A stretch of 64,000 bases of DNA from Pseudomonadota bacterium (GCA_043798185.1 JAZDOW010000027.1:26586-90585), one strand, 5' to 3'. Shown: positions 1 to 11,433, numbered from the stretch's first letter. Program-made: numbers and translations. Notes: generated by a model not told the origin, from the letters alone.

Positions 1-1557
1 CTCTTCATGAAAGCGGTTGAGGAGGATTCTGATTATGACTTGGTCGAACCTTCCACTCAAGAGGCAGTCAAGCGGTTGAGTGCCAGGATGGTCTTTGATA
101 GGATAATAGATCTGGCTTGGCACAACGGCGAACCAGGTGTCCTCTTTATAGACACCGCAAACCGCGATAATATGACACCGCAGCTTGGCGATTTCGAAGC
201 GACCAACCCCTGTGGAGAACAGTGGCTGCTGCCATATGAAAGCTGCAATCTTGGCTCGGTTAATCTCGCAAATTTCGTAAATAAAGGTGCCGTCGATTAT
301 GATAGATTGAGAATGGTGGTTCGCATTGCTACGGTATTTCTTGATAATGTTATCGACTGTAATCGTTTCCCCATTCCGGAGATTGAGGCAATGACCTTAA
401 AAACCAGGAAGATTGGCATGGGGATCATGGGACTGCATGATATGCTTATTCAGATGGAAATCCCTTACGCCAGTGAAGAAGGCCGTCTCATGGCAGGCCA
501 AGTTATGCGATTTATCCGGGACACTGCAGAAGAGCGATCTTTTGAGTTGGCCGCAGAAAAAGGGTCGTTCCCTGCCTATGACCCAGAAGTGAACACGTAT
601 CGGACTCGTCGTAATGCCGCACTCACTTCTATTCAACCAACAGGAACGGTCTCGATGATCGCCGATTGTGCTTCAGGCTGTGAGCCTTATTTTTCTATCG
701 TGATGGTGAAAAATGTCATGGATGGAGATCGGTTGATCCTGGTGAATAAATATTTTGAGAAAGTGGCCAGGGAAGAGGGGTTTTATTCGGCTGAGGTAAT
801 GAGTAAGGTCGCGGACAGCGGGACTGTTATAGGGCACGAAGAGATACCCTTGCGCTGGCAGGAAATCTTCCGAACAGCACAGGATATAGCTCCTGAAGAT
901 CATATCAGAATGCAAGGATGTTTGCAGCAAAATGGGGTCGATAGCTCAATTTCAAAAACCATCAACCTTCCTACCAATGCCACTAAAGAGGAAGTCAAAC
1001 TTGCCTATATCACCGGCTATAGGCTTGGTTGCAAGGGATTAACCGTCTACCGCGATGGGTCAAGGGATAACCAGGTACTTAATACCTCGGATGTGGTCAA
1101 GGAAAAGACAGCTGTTGTTTCGGAACGTGGACCGGTGAAACAGATCCTGCCCGACACTCTCAATGCAAAACGTTATCGAGTCAAGGATCAGTACCAGAAA
1201 TCGGTTTACATCATTGTCTGTTTTGATGAAAATGAAAAACCTATGGAGGTCTTTGCTAAATTCCCCTTTGATAATCGTGTTGATTTGAAAGACAAATCGA
1301 CTATGTGGACAACAACCTGCCGCCTTGTTTCTTTGGCATTGAGGTTTAATGTGCCGATGGATGAAATTATCAAACAACTTGACAGGTCAAGCGGCCACAT
1401 GCTAGATCTTCCGGCGCAACTCGGTAAACTCTTTAAATCATTTTTAGCTGGAACCCAGAAAGGGTTTTCCTCAACTTGTCCTGAGTGCTCGGGTATGCTT
1501 CGCTTTGAAGAAGGGTGTGAAACCTGTTACGAGTGTGGGTATAGCAAGTGTTCATAA
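1..1557 (+). CDS. nrdJ: Adenosylcobalamin-dependent (class II) ribonucleotide reductase, 5'-truncated by window edge
   Basis: NPCGEQ active-site motif, [35 protein letters not shown]-terminal [17 protein letters not shown]; frame is open back to position 1. Confidence 0.93.
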   Translation, partial: LFMKAVEEDSDYDLVEPSTQEAVKRLSARMVFDRIIDLAWHNGEPGVLFIDTANRDNMTPQLGDFEATNPCGEQWLLPYESCNLGSVNLANFVNKGAVDYDRLRMVVRIATVFLDNVIDCNRFPIPEIEAMTLKTRKIGMGIMGLHDMLIQMEIPYASEEGRLMAGQVMRFIRDTAEERSFELAAEKGSFPAYDPEVNTYRTRRNAALTSIQPTGTVSMIADCASGCEPYFSIVMVKNVMDGDRLILVNKYFEKVAREEGFYSAEVMSKVADSGTVIGHEEIPLRWQEIFRTAQDIAPEDHIRMQGCLQQNGVDSSISKTINLPTNATKEEVKLAYITGYRLGCKGLTVYRDGSRDNQVLNTSDVVKEKTAVVSERGPVKQILPDTLNAKRYRVKDQYQKSVYIIVCFDENEKPMEVFAKFPFDNRVDLKDKSTMWTTTCRLVSLALRFNVPMDEIIKQLDRSSGHMLDLPAQLGKLFKSFLAGTQKGFSSTCPECSGMLRFEEGCETCYECGYSKCS

Positions 1558-1593
1558 GATATATAAATAAGTGTGTGTGGGGGGTGACGATAG

Positions 1594-2106
1594 ATGGCAA
1601 AGATCGGCAGAAATGACAAATGTCCTTGTCGTAGTGGGAAAAAATACAAGCATTGTTGTGCAATAAGCGAGCAAGAAAATGTTCGGAAACAGTTGGTAAC
1701 TGTCACCCTAATGAGTGGGGTGAAGTCAATCCAAAATGATGCCAAGGACAAAAGAGCCGTATGTCGAGAACTGGGCGTCTTTTTTTTCTTTTCCACAACC
1801 CAGGGAGATGCATGGCTTTTGGAAATGACCGAATGCGATTGCATCCAAGTGGCTCGGGAGGGAGTCTCCTTAGAGACTCCAATCGTAGAAAACACCGAGA
1901 CAATTGAAATCAATTATAGCCATACATTTGCCTTGGAAAGTAAACAACTGACAATCACTGCCTACCTAGACAAAACCACTCAGGTCCTGGCGGATGCTCC
2001 GACCCGCGAATTAAACGCCGCCATACGTCGTGTCAGGAAGAACTTTTCCAGCAATCAGTTGCAAAAAGTTCATCTACCGCATCCTGAGAATTCCACAGGA
2101 TCATGA
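1594..2106 (+). CDS. SEC-C motif-containing protein
   Basis: N-terminal GRNDKCPCRSGKKYKHCC zinc-binding motif; remainder not recognised. Confidence 0.8.
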   Translation: MAKIGRNDKCPCRSGKKYKHCCAISEQENVRKQLVTVTLMSGVKSIQNDAKDKRAVCRELGVFFFFSTTQGDAWLLEMTECDCIQVAREGVSLETPIVENTETIEINYSHTFALESKQLTITAYLDKTTQVLADAPTRELNAAIRRVRKNFSSNQLQKVHLPHPENSTGS

Positions 2107-2516
2107 GCAGGAAACTGCTTCCCAGGCTGGTTCCAATGTTTATAGTCATGGGAGCTATTTTCATGCTTTCCGAACAACCCGGTGACACCCTCTATCTTCC
2201 ACCGCTGTTTGGTATAGATAAACTCGCCCACTTGGCGGTCTACGGAGCGTTGGCGGCTACGCTCATTTTTGCCTTCAGCCGGAAGTATAAAGAAATGAGA
2301 CCTCGGGTGGTAATGGTGGTGACTCCGATTTTCTGCCTGTGCTATGGTATCTCAGACGAATTTCATCAGTCTTTTGTTCCAGGCAGGTCTCCCAGCGGCT
2401 GGGATGTTCTGGCCGACGTTTGTGGTGCCATACTGGTCTGTCTGTTTTGGTCAAGAGCGCGGAGAAATCAGCCCAGGGGAAATCCTGGGAAGCTGAGAGC
2501 TTCCGGGTCATCTTGA
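2103..2516 (+). CDS. VanZ family membrane protein
   Basis: DKLAHLAVYG and YGISDEFHQSFVPGRSPSGWDVLAD motifs; 4-bp overlap with upstream gene. Confidence 0.88.
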   Translation: MSRKLLPRLVPMFIVMGAIFMLSEQPGDTLYLPPLFGIDKLAHLAVYGALAATLIFAFSRKYKEMRPRVVMVVTPIFCLCYGISDEFHQSFVPGRSPSGWDVLADVCGAILVCLFWSRARRNQPRGNPGKLRASGSS

Positions 2517-2535
2517 TTCTTTGTCCAAAAAGATA

Positions 2536-3513
2536 TTATCGGTTCTGTAGAATTGTGGCCATCTCTTTGGCAAAATAGGTGATAATGATATCAGCCCCTG
2601 CCCTCTTTATCGACAACAGCGTCTCTTCCATCACTTTTTCTCCATCGATCCAGCCTTTTTCTGCTGCAGCCTTGATCATTGCGTATTCACCGCTAACGTG
2701 ATATGCGGCGATCGGCAGGTCGAATTCATCTCGAAGGCGCGAGACAATATCCAGATAAGCGACAGCCGGTTTGACTATAAGGATATCCGCGCCTTCGTCG
2801 ACATCAAGGGTTGCTTCACGAAGGGCCTCCCGGCTATTGGCGGGATCCATTTGATAACTCTTGCGGTCACCAAACTGCGGGGCACAGTCGGCAGCATCCC
2901 GAAAGGGGCCGTAAAAAGCCGAGGCATATTTCACTGCATAGGACATGATGGGTACCGACTCATGATTGTTTTCATCAAGAGCAGATCTGATTTCCGCCAC
3001 CCTGCCGTCCATCATGTCTGATGGGGCGACCATGTCCGCCCCGGCTTCAGCATGGGAGAGAGCAGTTTTAGCAAGAATTTCGAGAGTAGTGTCATTGTCG
3101 ACAACGCTATTAATCAGGCAGCCGCAATGGCCGTGGTCAGTGTATTCGCACAGGCAAACATCGGTAACAACGAGCAATTCAGGAACCTTGTTCTTCAGTT
3201 CTTTAATTGCCGTCTGAATAATACCGTTTTTTGCATGGGCTCCCGATCCGACGCCGTCTTTTTTTTCCGGCAGTCCAAAGAGGATGACGGAATGTACGCC
3301 AAGGCGCAAACAGTCCTTAGCCTCACTTGCCAACTGGTCGATTGACAGTCGAAATACCCCTGGCATGGAAGAAATTTCCTCGCGTCTGTTTTTCCCGGGC
3401 ATGACAAAAAGGGGATAAATGAATTGGCCAGAGGAGAGCTGCGTCTCCCGTATCAGGGCACGAAACGCACTATTCTTGCGAAGCCTTCTCGGTCTGTATT
3501 CTGGGAAAACCAT
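2536..3513 (-). CDS. hemB: Porphobilinogen synthase (ALA dehydratase)
   Basis: [20 protein letters not shown] zinc site, [27 protein letters not shown] Schiff-base Lys. Confidence 0.97.
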   Translation of the reverse strand: MVFPEYRPRRLRKNSAFRALIRETQLSSGQFIYPLFVMPGKNRREEISSMPGVFRLSIDQLASEAKDCLRLGVHSVILFGLPEKKDGVGSGAHAKNGIIQTAIKELKNKVPELLVVTDVCLCEYTDHGHCGCLINSVVDNDTTLEILAKTALSHAEAGADMVAPSDMMDGRVAEIRSALDENNHESVPIMSYAVKYASAFYGPFRDAADCAPQFGDRKSYQMDPANSREALREATLDVDEGADILIVKPAVAYLDIVSRLRDEFDLPIAAYHVSGEYAMIKAAAEKGWIDGEKVMEETLLSIKRAGADIIITYFAKEMATILQNR

Positions 3514-3558
3514 GGGGTACTCCTGTCTTGATTGGGGTTTGTTGAGGGCAACTATAGG

Positions 3559-4926
3559 TTATTGAACAATGTCGAATGATTTTAGTTTCTTGTGAAGGTG
3601 GCTCCGTTCGAGACCCACCTGTTCCGCTGTTTTTGAGATATTGTTGTCGTTCTGCAGGAGTTTATTGAGCAGATATTCTTTTTCAAACAGCCTTTTTGCC
3701 GTTTTGTAGTCAACCGATAAGAGGGAACTGAGGTTGGCGTTATTGTCGTTCGGCACACCAGCCTGGCTGGGATTAAGAAAGAGACGGATATGGTTGGCGG
3801 TAATAATTGGTTCCTGGCACATGATCGCGAGCCGTTCGATGAAATTACGAAGTTCCCGAACATTTCCCGGCCAATGATGCGCCATCATTGTCTGAAAGGC
3901 ATCTGGGGTAAACTCCTTGCTTTTCAAGCCCTTATTAGTCAGCTCTTTCATAAGGGCAGCAACTAGAAAGGGAATATCCTCTAAACGGTCTTTCAGTTGG
4001 GGTACGTGAATCGGTACAACATTGAGGCGCCAGAAAAGATCGGCTCGGAACTTGCCTGCCTCGATATCCTCTTCCAGATTTTTATTGGTGGCAGCCAGAA
4101 CCCTGACATTGACTTTTATGGTCTTGCTGCCGCCGACTCGCTCAAATTTCTGCTCCTGCAGGATACGTAGGATTTTGGCCTGGGTGTTAAGGCTCATATC
4201 ACCAATTTCGTCGAGAAATAGGATGCCGCCATCGGCCTGATCAAATTTCCCTCTTTTGCTGGCATGGGCACCGGTAAAAGACCCTTTCTCATGGCCAAAG
4301 AGTTCGGACTCGATCAATTCTTCGGGGATGGCAGCGCAGTTTACCTCGATCATTGCCTGGTCGCTCGATTTGGAAGCCCGGTGTATTGACTGGGCGACGA
4401 GTTCTTTGCCTGTCCCATGGTCTCCCCTGATTAAAACCCAGGCATCGGTTGGGGCAACCATTGTGATCTGATTTTTTAAAGCCCGGATTGATGAGGATTC
4501 CCCGGTTAGAATTGGTTTCTCGGGGGAGCCCTGGCGAAGCAGACGATTTTCCTGTTCAAGTCTAGCAAAACGCAGACCATTGGTGATGGCCAGGATGATT
4601 TTGTCGTAAGATAGTGGTTTTTCAATGAAATCGAAGGCGCCTTTGCGTGTCGCCTGAACAGCGGTTTCGATGGTTCCATGACCGGAGATCATGATGACCG
4701 GTATCGCAAAGCGCTCGCGAATCTTTTCAAGGGCAGTCATGCCGTCCATGCTGTCCCCCAACCAAATGTCGAGGAGTACCAGGTCGATGATCATCGATTC
4801 AAGGAGATCGAGCCCTTCCTCGGCTGAGGAGGCGGCGATTGCAGAAAAGCCTTCATCGTCGAGAACTCCGGCAAGTGTTTCGCGGATGCTTATTTCATCA
4901 TCGATTATGAGGATACGTTTATTCAT
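3559..4926 (-). CDS. ntrX: NtrX-like sigma54-dependent response regulator (REC-AAA+-HTH)
   Basis: REC domain (IIDDE, LDIW, FIEKP), GTGKE Walker A, ELFGHEKGSFTGA, LDEIGD, WPGNVREL, C-terminal Fis HTH; downstream of NtrY-like kinase. Confidence 0.85.
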   Translation of the reverse strand: MNKRILIIDDEISIRETLAGVLDDEGFSAIAASSAEEGLDLLESMIIDLVLLDIWLGDSMDGMTALEKIRERFAIPVIMISGHGTIETAVQATRKGAFDFIEKPLSYDKIILAITNGLRFARLEQENRLLRQGSPEKPILTGESSSIRALKNQITMVAPTDAWVLIRGDHGTGKELVAQSIHRASKSSDQAMIEVNCAAIPEELIESELFGHEKGSFTGAHASKRGKFDQADGGILFLDEIGDMSLNTQAKILRILQEQKFERVGGSKTIKVNVRVLAATNKNLEEDIEAGKFRADLFWRLNVVPIHVPQLKDRLEDIPFLVAALMKELTNKGLKSKEFTPDAFQTMMAHHWPGNVRELRNFIERLAIMCQEPIITANHIRLFLNPSQAGVPNDNNANLSSLLSVDYKTAKRLFEKEYLLNKLLQNDNNISKTAEQVGLERSHLHKKLKSFDIVQ

Positions 4927-5011
4927 TCCGCGTGTAGTAGTGCAGATTCCCGGGGTTAATTATTTGTGCTGATATCCACCTGGGGTGGAGTTTCATAACC
5001 GGCTGGTATTT

Positions 5012-7273
5012 TCAAGTCTGTCGAAGGAGTGGGAGTTCAATAATGAAAACCGATCCGCAGGGTGTATTGTCCTGCACTCGGATATACCCATTGTGATCGG
5101 CAATAATAGTCGAAACGATTGCTAGTCCCAGACCAGTCCCGGTTTTTTTGGTAGAAAAATAGGGTTCAAAAAGCTTCAGCTTGTTTTCCTTCGAAATGCC
5201 AGGACCATTGTCAAATACCTTGAGAAAAACGTTGTCCTTTTCCTGGTCGAGAGAAAGCTCAATATCTATATTACCGCCATTCGGTAAAACCGCAACAGCA
5301 TTGTCCAGGAGGTTGATTAAAGATCGTTTAATCTGTTCAGCGTCAAAACTAAAGATTGGAATAGGTTCTTTTTCCTGACAGGTAAAGGTGATATTTTTAT
5401 GGCCCTCCTGGTAGAGAAACAAGGTGTTCTTTGCCAGCTTGACAAGATCGTCGGGAGATTTTTGAACCTTTGGCATACGGGCAAACTGTGAGAATTCGCT
5501 GACTAATCTTTTTAACTCATCAACCTGGGTGATGATGGTGCTTGTACACTGATCAAAGATGCTGTTCTCTTCGACGAGGATCTCTGGATAACGTCGACGT
5601 AAACGTTGAGCGGAGAGTTGGATGGGAGTGAGTGGGTTTTTGATCTCGTGAGCAATTCTTCTTGCCACTTCGCGCCAGGCTGCCATTCGCTGCATTTTTT
5701 CCAGCTTTGTCAGGTTATCAAAAACAAGAACAAAGCCGACAGGTTTCCCGACTTCATCTTCGAGTCGAGTGAAGTTAACCAGAAGGGAATAGGTTTTACC
5801 CAGTACGTTGAGCTTGAGGTGCTGTTCAACGGTGATTTTTCCAGTAACCTGGAGTTCCTCTATAAAGTCGTCGACGATTGAGGCCTGGTAGGGTGGCAGG
5901 ACGTCATGGAAGTTGAGTCCGAGGAAAAGGAGTTTGTCGATGTTGAGGAGTTTTTCGGCAAAACGATTGATAGTAGTGATTTTGCCGCCCTGATCAAGAG
6001 ATATTACGCCGGCGGAAACGTTCTGGAGAATGATTTCCGTATAGCGTCGTCGCTGCTCTGATTCTTGGGAGCTTTGCTGGAGGGCCGTATGAGCCTCGCC
6101 AAGTTTTTTGTTGCTGGAGTTGAGATTGATGGTCATCTGGTTGAAGGAGTCGACGAGAAGGCCCATCTCATCCTTGGCATCTCGTTCCATTACAAACTCA
6201 AGATCGCCGTCAGCCACCCGCCGGGTAGCCAGAACGAGTTTTTCCAAGGGGTCGGTGATACCTCTGGAAATATAGAGACCGAACCAGATGGCGGCGAAGA
6301 TAACCAGAAGGGTAACGATAAGCAGGATGATGAGGAGCCAGAACTTGAAGGGATCCTTGAAGTGCTTCAACTGCCTGTATCCGGCAATCCCTTGGGAGAT
6401 ATTGGTCATACGAGCTAACTGTTCGCTTTTCACCAGGAGAGAAGTAACCAGAATTGCCTTGCCGAGTTGCCCGTTGCCGAGTTGAATTTCGGCGATGCAA
6501 CTCACGAGATCTCCGGGTTTTAGCTCCTGAATGAGGGTCTCACGGACATTTTCCGAGCGTACCCGTTCCTGTACTTCAATGGACACCTTAGGAAGAATGG
6601 TGCTGCGCAATTGGGGACCTCGAACGCTAATTTCAAGATTATTATCGTTTGTGATTAGGCCGAGACTGTCTGGACCGTTAATGGGATTAAATGTGAGGAT
6701 GTTTTCCAATGTTTTGCTGATGTCATCGGGGGTGTAGGCAGTTATGTCAAGATTCTTCAGTCTCTCTTCAATCCCTTTGCTCATTAAGGTAACCTGGTCT
6801 TCCTTCTCATGGAGTAAGGACTGGGCGAGTTTCAGGGATTCGGTCAAAGAATCCTCAATACTCGCATTGAACCAGTAATCCATGCTGGTCGAAATGAACT
6901 GCAGGGCGACGAAGAAGAGGAGAATGGTTGGGATAAGAGACAGGGAGAGGAAGGAGACTATCAGTTTGGTTTTGAGCTTATTCCCGAGCCTATTCGTGCG
7001 CCGTTCAAACAAAAGCTCAGCCAGGTTGCGGAGCACCAGGAAGAGGACGAACAGCACTAACAGGACATTGATATTAATGAGGGCGAAGATAAGAATGTTG
7101 TTGGCCACAGGAACTGCTACTTCGCCTGTCAAAAAACGGCTTTGCAGCCAGACAAACAAGGGGATGAGGAGAAGGCAAAAGAAAATTACCCGGCGGATGA
7201 GCTTCTGGCGGATATTTCGAGCATCATATTGCCCCGTGTTTTCAGGCATTTTTTCCTGGGAAGAGGATTCCAT
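5012..7273 (-). CDS. ntrY: NtrY-like sensor histidine kinase (TM-HAMP-PAS-HisKA-HATPase)
   Basis: AWREVARRIAHEIKNPLTPIQLSAQRL signature, NLLDNA, DNGPG, GTGLGL; 3 N-terminal TM plus HAMP. Confidence 0.88.
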   Translation of the reverse strand: MESSSQEKMPENTGQYDARNIRQKLIRRVIFFCLLLIPLFVWLQSRFLTGEVAVPVANNILIFALININVLLVLFVLFLVLRNLAELLFERRTNRLGNKLKTKLIVSFLSLSLIPTILLFFVALQFISTSMDYWFNASIEDSLTESLKLAQSLLHEKEDQVTLMSKGIEERLKNLDITAYTPDDISKTLENILTFNPINGPDSLGLITNDNNLEISVRGPQLRSTILPKVSIEVQERVRSENVRETLIQELKPGDLVSCIAEIQLGNGQLGKAILVTSLLVKSEQLARMTNISQGIAGYRQLKHFKDPFKFWLLIILLIVTLLVIFAAIWFGLYISRGITDPLEKLVLATRRVADGDLEFVMERDAKDEMGLLVDSFNQMTINLNSSNKKLGEAHTALQQSSQESEQRRRYTEIILQNVSAGVISLDQGGKITTINRFAEKLLNIDKLLFLGLNFHDVLPPYQASIVDDFIEELQVTGKITVEQHLKLNVLGKTYSLLVNFTRLEDEVGKPVGFVLVFDNLTKLEKMQRMAAWREVARRIAHEIKNPLTPIQLSAQRLRRRYPEILVEENSIFDQCTSTIITQVDELKRLVSEFSQFARMPKVQKSPDDLVKLAKNTLFLYQEGHKNITFTCQEKEPIPIFSFDAEQIKRSLINLLDNAVAVLPNGGNIDIELSLDQEKDNVFLKVFDNGPGISKENKLKLFEPYFSTKKTGTGLGLAIVSTIIADHNGYIRVQDNTPCGSVFIIELPLLRQT

Positions 7274-7281
7274 TTCAGCTG

Positions 7282-7860
7282 TCAGTATTGAAATTCAATC
7301 GAATGCCAATCCGTTGCCACATCCCACCAAGAGAGAAAGGGCAACGCATTATGGAGACTGAGGGGCAGGGTTTTCTGGTAGAGTTCTGCTCGAATCCTGA
7401 GTTTGTAATGATTGTCGGGAATGAGTTGCTTGAGGTTGACGATCTTGGTGCCGTTCAATTCATTGAGCACATTTTGGGCCTCAGCCATGGATTTAAAGGA
7501 CAAGACGATGTTGTTGTCCTCTTCTAGAGTGATTCGATAGTTTTCTTTCAGCATATTGTAGCTCATGATGTGCTGAAAAGTGCGGGTGACAATCTGTTCG
7601 TCCGGCCAGTTTTTCGCAGTTTTATAGAGTTCGATAAAAAACGAAAACCTAAGTGCAATACCGCTGTGCAGTATTGCAGTCATTTCGGGAGTGAAGCTAT
7701 AGTTCAGTGTGGCAAAAACCAGGAGATGCGTGTCGGAGGTAGTGACTGCCACCTCTCTGAATGTAGCCATGCGCTGCGCTTCGGCTGCCGATCCGAAATT
7801 GGCTGCGCTTAGCCAAATGAGTTGGGAAAGGATGAAAAACGCTATCAATTTTAGGGGCAT
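7282..7860 (-). CDS. DUF4390 family periplasmic protein
   Basis: Signal peptide, C-terminal LPFLSWWDVATDW; typical position upstream of ntrY. Confidence 0.75.
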   Translation of the reverse strand: MPLKLIAFFILSQLIWLSAANFGSAAEAQRMATFREVAVTTSDTHLLVFATLNYSFTPEMTAILHSGIALRFSFFIELYKTAKNWPDEQIVTRTFQHIMSYNMLKENYRITLEEDNNIVLSFKSMAEAQNVLNELNGTKIVNLKQLIPDNHYKLRIRAELYQKTLPLSLHNALPFLSWWDVATDWHSIEFQY

Positions 7861-8132
7861 GGCTGGCTGTAATAGAGTCGGTGCTCAGGCAGTTATATGT
7901 GTTAGGTAAAGGTTGTCTTGTCTATAAAATATGTGTCGCAAAAATAGATTGAGGTCCGCTTCACTGTCGGGGGATTTGCCCTGTGTGAAGAGTTGTCGCA
8001 ACAGTTGAGAAGTCCAGCCTGCTGGTAATCTACCTGATCTTAGCAGAGTTGTCCATGGCTTGTTCCGCACTTCTATTTGCAATAACGGGCGGTGATTTCG
8101 CGTATCTGGTGATAATTGTCAGTATTGATAGA

Positions 8133-8161
8133 TTGATTTTTCTTTATACAACCATTATAAA
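8133..8161 (+). promoter_or_regulatory. Candidate sigma70 promoter for the DUF134 gene
   Basis: TTGATT-N17-TATAAA. Confidence 0.4.
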
Positions 8162-8322
8162 CTTGCTTAACTGGACGCTGCCGGTTGGCAGCGTCCTCTC
8201 TGTTTCCCATTCGTATGAAAGATTCAGCGGTCTGAGGTTACTTCTCCCGCTTGGACTGAGTAAACAATGCCTGAGAGCAAGATGCTTGCTCATCATATTG
8301 CTGATGAGCCCTGGAGAGATGT

Positions 8323-8616
8323 ATGTCACCAAGACCCAAAAAGATCAGAAAGTGTCAAGGCCAGTTTTGTGGCAATGCCTTTAAGCCGACCGGTACAGCA
8401 CTCGTCTATCTTAAACAGATCCCTCTGCACCACGATGAACTGGAGGTTTTAAGGCTCTGCGACAAAGAGGGCCTTACCCAGGAAGAGGCGGGAAAGAGCA
8501 TGGGAGTGTCCCGCGGCACGATTCAACGCATTATTACCATAGCAAGGCAAAAAACCGCAGAGGCATTGACCGGAGGCCATGCCCTGGTGTTTGTCGACGA
8601 AGTGGAAAAGCTCTAA
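8323..8616 (+). CDS. DUF134 (UPF0251) DNA-binding protein
   Basis: PRPKKIRK, FKPTG, ELEVLRLCD-EGLTQEEAGKSMGVSRGT HTH; GGAGA SD. Confidence 0.88.
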   Translation: MSPRPKKIRKCQGQFCGNAFKPTGTALVYLKQIPLHHDELEVLRLCDKEGLTQEEAGKSMGVSRGTIQRIITIARQKTAEALTGGHALVFVDEVEKL

Positions 8617-8659
8617 GTCGTATTTTAAAAGCAATATCGCCAATGGGTTGCAACAAGCC

Positions 8660-10246
8660 TCAGATATTTTCTCGGGTCTTGTTAAAGGTGATCCCCGGCC
8701 ATTTTTCCATGAAATATCTCAGCATCCATTCACTTTGCGCAAGATAGGTGAGAAAGCCTTCCGTGTCACGGGCTAAAGCCCCTTGATTTTTTCGTTCGAA
8801 TTCCTCGAAGGCCTTTCTATCATCACACTGGACCCAACGCGCTGCCTGGTAATCGACCGGTTCGTAGATTGCTTTAACACTGTATTCATTCTTAAGCCTA
8901 GCCATGGTCACTTCAAACTGCAACACTCCCACCGCCCCCATGATGTAGTCAGAGCCGATAAGGGGACGAAAGACCTGGATGGCCCCTTCCTCGGCCAATT
9001 GCATGAGACCCTTCTGCAACGCTTTCATTTTCAAGGGATCCTTCAGCAGCACACGACGGAAATGTTCGGGAGCAAAATTGGGAATACCGGTAAATTTTAA
9101 GGGCTCTTTGGGTGAGAAGGTGTCGCCGATTTTAATGGTTCCATGGTTATGTAGGCCGATAATATCTCCAGGCCAGGCCTCCTCAACGTTGGAACGTTCC
9201 TGGGCCATGAAGATAGTGGCATTGGCGAGGGTGATGTCTTTTCCCAGACGATGGTGTCTGACCTTCATTCCCTTGGTGAATTGGCCGGAACATATGCGGA
9301 AGAAGGCAATACGGTCCCGGTGTGCCGGGTTCATGTTGGCTTGAATTTTAAAAACGAAACCGGAAAAGTCCTCCTCTTCCGGATGGACTTGGCGACTGAC
9401 TGCCTGGCGTGGACCCGGTGGTGGAGCCATTTCGACAAAGCAATCAAGCATTTCCCGAATGCCGAAATTATTAATGGCGCTGCCGAAAAACACCGGAGTC
9501 TGACCGGCTTTCAGATATTCATCATACTCGAAAGGATTGGCAGCTCCAGCCAGGAGTTCGAGGTCCTGCCGCAGGTCATCGGCCTGGCGCCCCAGGAGTT
9601 CATCAACCTTTGGGTCGTTCAGGTCTTCAACGACATAACCTTGAATATCCCGGGTATTCTGTCCGGGGGTGAAGAGTTGGAGCGCTTTGTGGTAAATGCT
9701 GTACACTCCCTTAAAGGTTTTGCCCATGCCGATGGGCCAGGATAAGGGAGTACATTCAATTTGCAGCTTTTCCTCGATTTCGGCCATGAGATCAAGGGGG
9801 GATCTGCCTTCGCGGTCAAGTTTGTTGATAAAAGTCATGATCGGGGTGTTGCGCATCCGGCACACCTCCATCAATTTCTCAGTCTGAGCTTCAACACCTT
9901 TGGCGCTGTCGATGACCATCACGGCCGAATCGACTGCAGTGAGAACCCGATAGGTATCCTCGGAAAAATCCTGGTGACCTGGTGTGTCAAGAAGATTTAT
10001 TTCAAAGTCCCGATAGGTGAACTTCATCACCGAGGTGGTCACGGAGATGCCGCGTTCCTGCTCGATGGCCATCCAGTCGCTGGTGGCGTGCTTATCGATC
10101 TTCCTTGATTTGACAGCTCCGGCCATATTGATGGCCCCACCGAAAAGGAGTAATTTCTCGGTAAGCGTCGTCTTCCCGGCATCGGGATGGCTGATGATCC
10201 CGAAGGTCCGTCGTTTTGCAATTTCCAGGTTCTGTTGTTTGCTCAT
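8660..10246 (-). CDS. prfC: Peptide chain release factor 3
   Basis: [45 protein letters not shown]. Confidence 0.97.
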   Translation of the reverse strand: MSKQQNLEIAKRRTFGIISHPDAGKTTLTEKLLLFGGAINMAGAVKSRKIDKHATSDWMAIEQERGISVTTSVMKFTYRDFEINLLDTPGHQDFSEDTYRVLTAVDSAVMVIDSAKGVEAQTEKLMEVCRMRNTPIMTFINKLDREGRSPLDLMAEIEEKLQIECTPLSWPIGMGKTFKGVYSIYHKALQLFTPGQNTRDIQGYVVEDLNDPKVDELLGRQADDLRQDLELLAGAANPFEYDEYLKAGQTPVFFGSAINNFGIREMLDCFVEMAPPPGPRQAVSRQVHPEEEDFSGFVFKIQANMNPAHRDRIAFFRICSGQFTKGMKVRHHRLGKDITLANATIFMAQERSNVEEAWPGDIIGLHNHGTIKIGDTFSPKEPLKFTGIPNFAPEHFRRVLLKDPLKMKALQKGLMQLAEEGAIQVFRPLIGSDYIMGAVGVLQFEVTMARLKNEYSVKAIYEPVDYQAARWVQCDDRKAFEEFERKNQGALARDTEGFLTYLAQSEWMLRYFMEKWPGITFNKTRENI

Positions 10247-10359
10247 GGCTGATGAAAATATGACTTTGATTTATGGGATGAACTTATTATAAGAACAACC
10301 AGAAAAAAAGTGAGTAGGATATGTTCTTTTTCCGATAATGCAAACAGAAAACTGACAGA

Positions 10360-11433
10360 ATGAGAAATAAACGTACACTCCTGGTGACCGGCGGTTGTGG
10401 TTTCATCGGCGCGAACTTTGTCCGGTTGCTGCAGGGTAAATACACCGATTGGCGAGTAGTTAACCTCGATAAACTGACCTATGCCGGTAACTTAAAAAAC
10501 CTCGAAGGAATAGTGGAAGGCAACAATTATCGTTTTGTTCGCGGTGATATCTGCGATGCAGCGCTGGTTTCCCAGCTTTTTGCCGAGGAATGCTTTGATA
10601 CCGTGGTCCACTTTGCTGCCGAATCCCATGTCGATCGTTCGATCACCGGACCTGGGGAATTTATCAGGACCAATATTGAAGGTACCTTCACCCTTTTGGA
10701 GGCTGCACAAAGAGGTGGGCTTGCAGACAACACCAAAGGGGCACAGCCCTGTTTTCTGCACGTCAGCACCGATGAAGTCTACGGCTCCCTGGGGCAGACG
10801 GGGTATTTTACTGAAACCACACCCTATGACCCGCGATCGCCTTACTCGGCATCGAAAGCATCTTCCGACCATCTGGTGAGCGCCTATTTTCATACCTATG
10901 GATTGCCGGTTCGTATAACCAACTGTTCCAATAACTACGGGCCCTATCAATTTCCTGAGAAACTGATTCCCTTGGTGTTCAACAATGCCTTGAACAGTAA
11001 GCCTCTGCCAGTCTACGGCGATGGCAGGAATGTTCGCGATTGGCTCTATGTTCAGGATCATTGCGAAGCTATTGTCGAGGTTTTGGAAAAAGGCCAGGAT
11101 GGGCAGTGTTACAATATCGGCGGCAATAACGAGAAACAGAATATTGAGGTGGTCACCCTCATCTGTGATCTCCTTGATAAAAAACTTGGCTTGGCCGAGT
11201 CGGGAAAACCGCGTCGATCACGTATTACTTTTGTGCCGGATCGTTTGGGGCATGACCGTCGTTATGCCATCGACGCAACGAAAATCAGAATGCAGCTGGG
11301 TTGGGAACCGCGGGTGACCTTCGCTGAAGGAATTGAAAGAACGATTGATTGGTACCTTGCCAATAGACTTTGGATTACCGATATCGTCAGAGGTTCATAT
11401 CAGAAATATTACGATGAAATGTATCAACTCTAG
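10360..11433 (+). CDS. rfbB: dTDP-glucose 4,6-dehydratase
   Basis: GGCGFIG, DKLTYAGN, HFAAESHVDRSI, STDEVYG, YSASK, NNYGPYQFPEKLIP. Confidence 0.96.
   Translation: MRNKRTLLVTGGCGFIGANFVRLLQGKYTDWRVVNLDKLTYAGNLKNLEGIVEGNNYRFVRGDICDAALVSQLFAEECFDTVVHFAAESHVDRSITGPGEFIRTNIEGTFTLLEAAQRGGLADNTKGAQPCFLHVSTDEVYGSLGQTGYFTETTPYDPRSPYSASKASSDHLVSAYFHTYGLPVRITNCSNNYGPYQFPEKLIPLVFNNALNSKPLPVYGDGRNVRDWLYVQDHCEAIVEVLEKGQDGQCYNIGGNNEKQNIEVVTLICDLLDKKLGLAESGKPRRSRITFVPDRLGHDRRYAIDATKIRMQLGWEPRVTFAEGIERTIDWYLANRLWITDIVRGSYQKYYDEMYQL

Noticed and set aside
8280-8315. GCTGATGAGCC resembling the 3' part of a fluoride riboswitch
   Set aside because: The upstream GGNGATGG..TTC.CC element is missing and no fluoride-related gene follows
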